Below are positions 57,037-64,000 of a DNA stretch of 64,000 nucleotides, piece after piece. Position 1 is the stretch's first letter, and every line of letters starts with the position of its first letter. A model generated the notes under the pieces. It made no database searches and was not told the DNA's origin. It was given only the letters and a program-made list of their open reading frames with translations. This stretch comes from an uncultured Acidobacteriaceae bacterium (lineage in GTDB: Bacteria; Acidobacteriota; Terriglobia; Terriglobales; Acidobacteriaceae): NCBI GenBank assembly GCA_963702325.1, contig CAVPCG010000025.1:36124-100123 (forward strand), in the 5' to 3' direction. A program made the position numbers and the translations under genes.

Positions 57037-58188
57037 TCAGCGAATCCAGGCCGCTTTTTTCCCAGTGATGAAATTCGTAAAGGCGATAAAAGCGGCGGTG
57101 TTGAGTACGACAAAAGTGAATGAAGCGTCCGCGATTCTCGCTATGGGCCCACGCTTGAACTGGGCGAGCGAAAGCAGGCTGAGTGTATAGAATCCCAGTT
57201 GCGATATCAGGGCGACGCGATAAACAAGCCCTTGCAGGAAAATGGAAGACACAAGAGCCGCGACCAAAGTGAAGGGGGCAACGAGCCGCAGAAGTTTGTG
57301 GCTTATGAACTCGAAGCGAATCGGATTTGAGCTTGTAAGCAACCACGGCGCGAGTTGTACCAGTTGGTAATTGCCGGTTAAGGTTCTTACTTTGCGGGCG
57401 AACTCGCGAGTCACTCCCAAGTTTGGCACGTCCCACGCGATGGCGCGAGAATCAAAAACCACCCGGAATCCCTGGCGTGCGACATTCATGGGAATGTAGA
57501 CGTCGTCGAGGATGGTTTCAGAAGGGACAGGTGCGAGCAAGCTGCGTCTTGCGGCGTAGAGCGCACCGGTGGCGCCGACGACTGATCCGGATGCGGACTC
57601 CATTTCGCGGATGCTCTTCTCGATGCGCCAATACAAACCCATTCCCTTAGCGGTTTCGCCGGATTCGGGATCGCCCAGCATGAGTTCTCCGCTGGCACAA
57701 CCGACTTCGGGATCGGCAAAGTTTTCGGCGAGAAAGCATATTGCGTTCGGCTCGATGGTTTGGCGGGCATCGGTGAAAACGACAATTTCGCCCTTTGCGG
57801 TTGCAATCGCGTCATTCAGGCAGGCGGATTTTCCACGAGAGTCCGGGCAAAGGATTGTGTGGGCTATGAAATTATTCGAACCGGAATTATTTGAGCCGGA
57901 ATTATTTGACCATTGAGACAGAATTTGATTGGTCGCGTCGGCGGAGCCGTCCGATACGACGATAATTTCACGCTCGCCTTGGGGATAATTCAGGTCCATC
58001 AAATTCTGTAGCTTCGCTTCGAGGACATCAGCTTCGTTGCGAACCACCATTACGAATGAAACTGTAGGAGTGTGTGGCGCCCGCCTGATGGGCCGGCGAC
58101 GCCAATAATTGCGAAGCCACAGCCATCCTGGATAACCGGCGTAGGTGTATGCGATGACTCCAACCGATCCCCAGAACAACCATTTCAT
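57037..58188 (-). CDS. glycosyltransferase family 2 (membrane-associated)
   Basis: VSFVMVVRNE...IIVVSDGSADAT...FTDARQ (DxD-type) and C-terminal TM helices. Contains the SNNSG repeat insertion. Confidence 0.8.
   Translation of the reverse strand: MKWLFWGSVGVIAYTYAGYPGWLWLRNYWRRRPIRRAPHTPTVSFVMVVRNEADVLEAKLQNLMDLNYPQGEREIIVVSDGSADATNQILSQWSNNSGSNNSGSNNFIAHTILCPDSRGKSACLNDAIATAKGEIVVFTDARQTIEPNAICFLAENFADPEVGCASGELMLGDPESGETAKGMGLYWRIEKSIREMESASGSVVGATGALYAARRSLLAPVPSETILDDVYIPMNVARQGFRVVFDSRAIAWDVPNLGVTREFARKVRTLTGNYQLVQLAPWLLTSSNPIRFEFISHKLLRLVAPFTLVAALVSSIFLQGLVYRVALISQLGFYTLSLLSLAQFKRGPIARIADASFTFVVLNTAAFIAFTNFITGKKAAWIR
57871..57909 (-). repeat. in-frame 15-nt tandem repeat (about 2.6 copies) inside the GT2 gene
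   Basis: Minus strand TCAAATAATTCCGGC TCAAATAATTCCGGT TCGAATAAT encodes SNNSG-SNNSG-SNN. Confidence 0.8.
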
Positions 58189-59558
58189 TGCGCGCCCCGT
58201 CCGAGCAGGACGATCTTGATGGTTTGAAACATGATGAAGACGTCCAAGCCGAGAGAAGCGTTCTTAATGTAGAAAAGATCGTATTGAAGCTTTTCTCTGG
58301 CGTCCTCAATCGTGTTGCCGTATTTGTAGCGAACCTGCGCCCAACCCGTGATGCCCGGGCGAACCATGTGGCGAACGCCATAGTAAGGAAGCTGTTCCGT
58401 GAGCCACTCGACAAACTCGGGGCGTTCGGGGCGAGGGCCTACGAAAGCCATATCGCCTTTGAGGACGCACCACAGTTGCGGGATTTCATCCAGCCGCGAC
58501 GTGCGGAGAAATTTTCCGATGCGGGTGATGCGAGGATCATCGTCCAAGGCCCAGGTGGGTCCGGTATCGGCTTCAGCGTCCTGGCGCATGGTGCGGAACT
58601 TGTAACAATAGAAAGTTTCTCCACCACGGCCGGTGCGCTTCTGGCGGTACAGGATAGGACCTGGCGAATCGAGTTTGATGGCAAGCAGGACGAATGGCAT
58701 TAGCGGCAAGGTGAGGAGAAGCCCAAGTAAGGCTGCCGAAAATGCAAGCAGGCGGCGGAAGATGCGAAACGCACTGCTAAAACGAAAGCCCTGAGCGAAG
58801 ATGATCCAACTGGGATAGAGGTTTTCGACTTCAATTCTGCCGGAAATTTTTTCCAGCCAGGTGGTGGCCTCTTCGATGTGCACGCCGCGGAGACGGAGTC
58901 TTAAAAGTTCTTCCATGGGCGTGGCTTCGCGGCGGTCCTGCATTGCGACAATGACGCGGTGCACGCTGGTTTGCTGAACCATGTCTGTCAGGTGCGCCCC
59001 CATCGTCTGGCGGTTCAATGGGCCCTGCACGTTGCCGCTCCACCCAATGACATCCGCGCCCAGTTCAGAGCGCGCTCGCAATCCTTGAACAAGTCTCTGC
59101 GCCCGTTCACCACCCCCCAGTACGTACACCTGTTCTCGCAGATATGGTTTCTTCGCCAGCCAAGAGTAGATAGTTCTCCAACACAACAAAGCGATGGTCA
59201 GAAAAATCAGTCCCACAAGGAACGATGATTTCCCCAACATAATGCTCGGAAACACTGCTTCCGCCACGGCCAATGCGAGAGCGATTACCCCGGGAACAAG
59301 TAAAAGCCGGAAATAGAGTTCCCCCTTGGCGTCAAAGTGAGTTGGATCATAAAGGTCGCACAAATGCGAGATAACAAGCACAAGAGCAGTAAGGCCGACA
59401 ATTTTTAGATAGCCGCCCTCATAGTTGAGGACGATATAGCTGTCATCAGGGTGCTGGAGCAGCGTGGCCAGAAGGAAAGACATCCATATAATCAGCGCCT
59501 CACCCAACAATAAAATGAGGGTGCGCGCCGGATAATAAACTTTGAAGATGCGGATCAA
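58185..59558 (-). CDS. polyprenyl-phosphate glycosyl-1-phosphate transferase (bacterial sugar transferase, EPS initiating enzyme)
   Basis: N-terminal TM helices plus a CoA-binding-like region. C-terminal KLDSPGPILYRQKRTGRGGETFYCYKFRTM...DEIPQLWCVLKGDMAFVGPRP. Confidence 0.85.
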   Translation of the reverse strand: MIRIFKVYYPARTLILLLGEALIIWMSFLLATLLQHPDDSYIVLNYEGGYLKIVGLTALVLVISHLCDLYDPTHFDAKGELYFRLLLVPGVIALALAVAEAVFPSIMLGKSSFLVGLIFLTIALLCWRTIYSWLAKKPYLREQVYVLGGGERAQRLVQGLRARSELGADVIGWSGNVQGPLNRQTMGAHLTDMVQQTSVHRVIVAMQDRREATPMEELLRLRLRGVHIEEATTWLEKISGRIEVENLYPSWIIFAQGFRFSSAFRIFRRLLAFSAALLGLLLTLPLMPFVLLAIKLDSPGPILYRQKRTGRGGETFYCYKFRTMRQDAEADTGPTWALDDDPRITRIGKFLRTSRLDEIPQLWCVLKGDMAFVGPRPERPEFVEWLTEQLPYYGVRHMVRPGITGWAQVRYKYGNTIEDAREKLQYDLFYIKNASLGLDVFIMFQTIKIVLLGRGAQ

Positions 59559-59559
59559 G

Positions 59560-60480
59560 CTATTTCTTCGCTCCGGCGCGGGCTTCGTTACCGTAGGCTG
59601 CGTAGTAATACTTACTATAGGAAGTTCCGCCGTCCACGCCGTTCAGGACAATGCCGACCAGGGCGGTATTTTTGAATTCCATTCTGGCTTTTCGTGCGAC
59701 ATCAAAGGGTGTTTCGTTGGAGCGGACGACCATGAGCACGCCGTCACAGCATTTGGCGAGCAGAGCAGCGTCGGAAATGGGTACTGCCGGGGGGGCATCC
59801 ACGATGATCCAATCGAAGAGCGATTCCAAACGGTTGAGAAGAGAGTTGAGACGGCCATTGGCAAGCAGTTCGGCCGGATTCGATACCATGCGGCCCGCCG
59901 GAATAAAGAATAAGTTCTCCATAGGCCCGCGTTGCATGATGGCGAATTCATCATTCTCGCCCAGTAGATATTCGGCCAGGCCCGGGGTCGCATTGGTTCC
60001 CAAACTTCGGTGCAGTTGCGACGCCCGCAGGTCGGCGTCAATCAAGAGAGCCTTGCGCCCATGCTGCCGCACCATAGCCTGGGCAAGATTGGAAGAGACA
60101 AACGACTTTCCTTCCTGTGGCAGGGCGCTGGTTACCAGCAATTTTTTTAGTGGTTGTCTTTCGCGAATCTGATAAAGCCGTGAACGGAGGGTTCTGAATT
60201 CTTCAGTGCCAAAAGCCTGTTCGTCCTCATTGAAAAATAACATCGTTCCAGGTTCTGGCGCCCACTTGCTTTCAACGGTGCGTGTTAGCAATACGTCCTG
60301 AGCTGACGAAGCATTGAACTGGCCCGGCACATTCTGCGGAATGGGTGAACGGGAGTCGGACGGCGACTGAGGAATTGGACTGTGCGGAAGCACCTCAGGG
60401 TTAACTTCAACGTAAATTGTTTGCTGCGATGCGGCGCGCTCGTCCTCCGCCTTCTTTAAAGCTTCGTGGATCCGGCTCAT
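59560..60480 (-). CDS. BY-kinase-like tyrosine autokinase/ATPase (chain-length regulator partner)
   Basis: Walker A LLVTSALPQEGKS, A' LLIDADLR and B IIVDAPP. C-terminal Tyr cluster YSKYYYAAY. Confidence 0.75.
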   Translation of the reverse strand: MSRIHEALKKAEDERAASQQTIYVEVNPEVLPHSPIPQSPSDSRSPIPQNVPGQFNASSAQDVLLTRTVESKWAPEPGTMLFFNEDEQAFGTEEFRTLRSRLYQIRERQPLKKLLVTSALPQEGKSFVSSNLAQAMVRQHGRKALLIDADLRASQLHRSLGTNATPGLAEYLLGENDEFAIMQRGPMENLFFIPAGRMVSNPAELLANGRLNSLLNRLESLFDWIIVDAPPAVPISDAALLAKCCDGVLMVVRSNETPFDVARKARMEFKNTALVGIVLNGVDGGTSYSKYYYAAYGNEARAGAKK

Positions 60481-61742
60481 ATTTTCCTTTCCTTCGGGCC
60501 TTTTTGTTCTGGCTCGCGCAATCGGTCGGCGAGATTGGCGAGAGTCTTCAAAGCGTCCACCAAATCAAATCTTTCAGTTGACGACGCCGCTGGCGAGGCC
60601 TCCGAAGGGGATGGGGGTACCGGCGCAGGCTCGGGCGACGAATTTCGCAATGCGACTAGTGGCGTGGCTGAGGTTGGAGCGGAGGAAAAATCGTCAGCGG
60701 CCGGTGTTGACATAGAGTTATCTGTAACTGGTTTCGAAGTGACGCGTGACACGGGAGCAAAATCCCTGCGTGGGTAGGAGAGGGACGTCTTCGGCGAATC
60801 CGCATCAAGAACTGTGCTTTTCTCTACGGAGATAGGTGGAGTCTTCGCGATTGGCGGAGCGGCAGCTTCATGCGAAGGGCTTTCAGACAAGGAAACGGGC
60901 TCGGCGGATAAGGCCATTCCAGAAACCGGGTTATCAATCAGATCGAAATCCCGGGCAACCACTTCGACCACGCTCGCGGTTACTGTTCTCTGCTGATCCA
61001 CAAAAGCGCTCACAAGACAATGCTCGCAAATCAGATTGACGACACGAGGAATTCCGCAAGAATAACGGTGAATTGCGACCAGCGACTCCGGCTCGAAAAT
61101 GGCCTGCCCATTCCAGCCCGCAATGCGAAGTCTCTGAGCCACATAAGACTTGGTTTCCTCGGAGGTCAGCGGATAAGTTTTTGCCCGCAGAGTGAGCCGT
61201 TGACGCAATTGCCGAAGATTCGGCTGCTTCAACTTCTGCTCCAGTTCTGGTTGGCCGACCAGAACGATTTGTAAAAGCTTCTCGGTGAAAGTCTCGAGGT
61301 TGGTCATCATGCGGATTTCCTCAAGCAATTCTTCGGAGAGACCCTGAGCTTCATCCACGATCAGTACGGCGGTTTCGCCGGCGCGATAGCGATCGAGAAG
61401 CCAGTTATAGAGACGCAATAAAATCTGGCTCTTCGACCTGGTGTCCGAGGGGATGCCAAAATCGGCCATCATGTAGTCGAGGAATTGCGAAACATTCAGC
61501 CGGGAATTGAAAACGAAAGCGGTTGGCACTTGCTGAACGCGCAACCATTCCAACAATTTATTGATGAGCGTGGTCTTGCCAGTCCCGACTTCACCGGTGA
61601 GCAATACAAAACCCTTGCGGCTTTGAATACCGTAAGTAAGACAGGCCAGTGCTTCCTCAGTATGCCGCGTTAGAAATAAATAACGCGGATCCGGGTTGAC
61701 GTTGAAAGGGTTGGCTCGTAATCCGAAGAATGCCTTATACAT
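60477..61742 (-). CDS. ExeA/GspA-like AAA ATPase of PEP-CTERM-type EPS loci, with long Pro/Ser-rich C-terminal tail
   Basis: Walker A LTGEVGTGKTT and Walker B VLIVDEAQ. About 150 C-terminal residues are low-complexity P/S/A-rich. Confidence 0.7.
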   Translation of the reverse strand: MYKAFFGLRANPFNVNPDPRYLFLTRHTEEALACLTYGIQSRKGFVLLTGEVGTGKTTLINKLLEWLRVQQVPTAFVFNSRLNVSQFLDYMMADFGIPSDTRSKSQILLRLYNWLLDRYRAGETAVLIVDEAQGLSEELLEEIRMMTNLETFTEKLLQIVLVGQPELEQKLKQPNLRQLRQRLTLRAKTYPLTSEETKSYVAQRLRIAGWNGQAIFEPESLVAIHRYSCGIPRVVNLICEHCLVSAFVDQQRTVTASVVEVVARDFDLIDNPVSGMALSAEPVSLSESPSHEAAAPPIAKTPPISVEKSTVLDADSPKTSLSYPRRDFAPVSRVTSKPVTDNSMSTPAADDFSSAPTSATPLVALRNSSPEPAPVPPSPSEASPAASSTERFDLVDALKTLANLADRLREPEQKGPKERKI

Positions 61743-61748
61743 GGGTAG

Positions 61749-63311
61749 CTATACCTCGACGGTCTCCTTCTCGTTCCCGACTTGCTTCTGTCGAAGGCTG
61801 TTCTTGCCATGAAGATTCTTGTCTTCCTGATCACGGTCTATCCAGGGAATAGAAACCATCACGGGCAAATCCAGCACTGCAATTGCGTCTTCTTCCGTAC
61901 GAATAGATTTATCGGTAAACTCCAGCCAAATTGCGAGGGCAAAACCCAGGCCGAGACCCGCGCCTGCTCCACCGGCGGCGAACAATAGCCGATTCGGGAA
62001 ACTGGGGTCTTCGGGAAGGCCAGCGGGGTTTAACAGGCGCATTTGCTCGCCCTGCTGACGGCTCTCCATATCGGTCTGCATCTGGGATTCGCTCTTTTTG
62101 GACAACAGGTCGTCGTAGAATTTTTGCGCGGTGTCGTTATCGCGGGTCAATTCTTTGTACTGCTCTTCAATGGCGGGGCTGAGTGAAAGGCGGCTCTGAT
62201 AGGTTTGAATCTGACGCTGTGTGCGCTCTTGTTCGCGAGTGGCCTGCGCGATCGCATCGTCGTATTGATGTATCTGTACCCGCATTTGACGAATCTCGGG
62301 AGGTTCGGCGGAACTCGCTTTGTCATTCGCGTCGGATGTTTTAGGAGATGCCGCATTTGCGGCGGCAAGCTGCCGTTTTAGCTCTGCAATATCAGCTTTC
62401 ATTTTGATGACATCGGGATAGTCATCGGTGTAGCGCGATTGCAATGCTGTGAGTTTCCCCTGCATGTCGGCCAATTGCTGTGCCAGAGTTTGAGGATTTA
62501 CCGAGCTTTGAGAGGCTTTCCAAGCGGCCACTTGCTGCGCCAACAGCGATTGCGTATAGGCCTTATCCTGCTGGGCGCGGTTCAGTGCCTGAGTACTTGC
62601 GTCCAGCTGCGTATTTAGAGTTGACAGAAGCTTCGAATTGCTTTCTTCATCTCCGGGCAATTGTCCGATGTATTGCCTCTTAAATGCTGCGAGCTTTGCA
62701 TCCTGTTGGTCGAGATTGTGTTTGGCGTCTTCCACCTGACGAGCCAGAAAATCAGTGGTGCTCTGAGCAACCTGCTCACGGGCCTGGAGGTTTTGTTCCA
62801 GCATCATGGAGGTCAGTTCGCTGCAAATCTGCTGGGCAGTTCGTGGATTGTCGGCGGTAAAGCTGACGTTGAACCCCGGAACATCGCTGCTCTGTCCAGG
62901 TTTATGGGTTGCGGGTTTGCTTCCCGGAAGAGCGCCGGGAGGCACATCGGGCACAACCGGCTCAATCGAAAGATTCGTCTGGATACTGTCAATTACATCG
63001 TCGGCGCTCTTGCCCTTGGCCAGTCCAAGCCGGTCAATCATTGGGATCAGACGAGTGCGGCTGAGCACTTGTTCCTGCATGGTCGCGATGCGCTGCACAA
63101 TGTCTTCTGTGACCACGGGCTTGACGTACCCTTCGGGAACCTTCTGCCCTTCCACTAAAATGCGAGCTTGCGAGGTGTACTTGGGGGTAAAGGCATAAGA
63201 GACGAGGAAGCCGGCAACGGGAGCGAGAAGAGCCGGAACCAAAATTAGTTTCAGGCGCCGGCGCAACATTGCCAGGTAGTCATCCATGCTCAATTCGCGA
63301 TTCGAAATCAT
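61749..63311 (-). CDS. polysaccharide chain-length determinant (Wzz-domain) protein with extended coiled coil
   Basis: ATG 63311 (MISNRELSMDDYLAMLRRR). TM helix, PKYTSQARILVE Wzz motif, long coiled coil and a C-terminal TM helix (LLFAAGGAGAGLGLGFALAIWL). The track ORF extends to 63446. Confidence 0.8.
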   Translation of the reverse strand: MISNRELSMDDYLAMLRRRLKLILVPALLAPVAGFLVSYAFTPKYTSQARILVEGQKVPEGYVKPVVTEDIVQRIATMQEQVLSRTRLIPMIDRLGLAKGKSADDVIDSIQTNLSIEPVVPDVPPGALPGSKPATHKPGQSSDVPGFNVSFTADNPRTAQQICSELTSMMLEQNLQAREQVAQSTTDFLARQVEDAKHNLDQQDAKLAAFKRQYIGQLPGDEESNSKLLSTLNTQLDASTQALNRAQQDKAYTQSLLAQQVAAWKASQSSVNPQTLAQQLADMQGKLTALQSRYTDDYPDVIKMKADIAELKRQLAAANAASPKTSDANDKASSAEPPEIRQMRVQIHQYDDAIAQATREQERTQRQIQTYQSRLSLSPAIEEQYKELTRDNDTAQKFYDDLLSKKSESQMQTDMESRQQGEQMRLLNPAGLPEDPSFPNRLLFAAGGAGAGLGLGFALAIWLEFTDKSIRTEEDAIAVLDLPVMVSIPWIDRDQEDKNLHGKNSLRQKQVGNEKETVEV

Positions 63312-63352
63312 CTTGTGTTCCCGTTCTGGCTGCCTTCCGGCGGCCTGAAGAA

Positions 63353-64000
63353 TTAGTCCAGCCGTATCGGACGTGGATACCACTCGAGGCCGACTACACC
63401 CATCTGGCGGTTGGAGGTTCTCCCGCAACCGGCGTCTGCCAGACAAACTAACTCATTGAATGACGTTCTGTTGTACTGATAGCTGAGGAACATGCGGTAC
63501 CGGCGGCCTATGTGGCGATGAACTGCTGCTCCGGCGTAAATATACCGGTCCGAGGTGGCAGGAACCACAACCGAACCAGGCTCAAGACGCGTATTGTTTG
63601 CGATCCCGATATCGCTGTTAAGTTCCCATACCCTGCCGAGGTTCCGTAAAACTGAAAGCGTGCCCACATCGGTGATCGAACCTAGAAAAAACCCTGAACC
63701 ATTCGTATTGTAGTGCCGATATTCCAGCTCCATTGACGTTCGAGAGAAGCGATAACGCAATTTCAAATTTCCGCTGGCCGAGATCCTGGTATTCGAACCA
63801 AATAACGGACTCTGAATTTGAGTGAATTGTGGGCCGGCGGCCGCAATGAAATCCAATCGTCCAGTGAGCCTGTGGCCATACACGAGATGAACCGTATTGG
63901 CGGTAACCGAGGTGTCAAAAACCTGAGGGAACTGGAAATGCTGGAAGCCGTAGGAAACGGCAATTTGGTCGGTATGATTAATTTGCCTGCTGAATCCAAC
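63353..64000 (-). CDS. putative outer-membrane beta-barrel protein of the EPS locus (N-terminus beyond window end)
   Basis: The frame is open from the window edge (VGFSRQINHTDQIAVSYGFQHF...). Alternating-hydrophobic beta-strand pattern (LKLRYRFSRTSMELEYRHY, MFLSYQYNRTSF, GVVGLEWY). It sits upstream of the Wzz gene, as in PEP-CTERM loci. Confidence 0.45.
   Translation of the reverse strand, partial: VGFSRQINHTDQIAVSYGFQHFQFPQVFDTSVTANTVHLVYGHRLTGRLDFIAAAGPQFTQIQSPLFGSNTRISASGNLKLRYRFSRTSMELEYRHYNTNGSGFFLGSITDVGTLSVLRNLGRVWELNSDIGIANNTRLEPGSVVVPATSDRYIYAGAAVHRHIGRRYRMFLSYQYNRTSFNELVCLADAGCGRTSNRQMGVVGLEWYPRPIRLD

Overview
This is a chromosomal window with about 55 protein genes, 2 tRNAs and no rRNA, CRISPR array, transposase or integrase. 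The gene content suggests an Acidobacteriota/Terriglobia-like genome. That is my inference from carboxypeptidase-regulatory-domain TonB receptors, a Ser/Thr kinase fused to a TolB-like propeller, a PEP-CTERM exopolysaccharide locus and dense hairpin repeats; no database was searched.

Layout:
- 1-4.5 kb: dapA, then a thiol/selenol redox island. It holds a deiodinase-like gene and an AhpD-like gene, each with an in-frame TGA exactly at the catalytic Cys/Sec position. It also holds a Cys-type AhpD paralog, a Cys-rich secreted protein and a 1-Cys peroxiredoxin.
- 4.9-11.7 kb: TonB-dependent receptor, BlaI/BlaR1-like pair, DUF1801 protein, REC-only response regulator and an orphan ABC ATPase.
- 12-19.5 kb: tRNA-Gly, tRNA-Cys, ffh, fabG and acnA.
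- 19.7-29.8 kb: membrane and secreted proteins, a 924-aa IPT/TIG + FG-GAP + FN3 protein, and a PilZ coiled-coil protein.
- 29.9-37.7 kb: accC, accB, pepP, a PAP2 phosphatase, the kinase-TolB fusion and cspA.
- 37.9-39.8 kb: a repeat-dense zone containing a PEP-CTERM protein.
- 39.9-45.2 kb: pilQPONM preceded by a small HTH gene.
- 46-49.6 kb: the ATP-grasp / alpha-E / transglutaminase triad.
- 50.2-64 kb: a PEP-CTERM/exosortase-type exopolysaccharide locus.

The strongest finding is the pair of candidate selenoprotein genes, which ordinary gene callers would split or truncate. Non-coding DNA is dominated by at least four hairpin-repeat families, including a six-unit tandem array and 128-bp MITE-like elements.

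Caveat: seven conserved genes, including essential accB, carry apparent single-base frameshifts. I read these as probable sequence or assembly indels rather than real pseudogenes.
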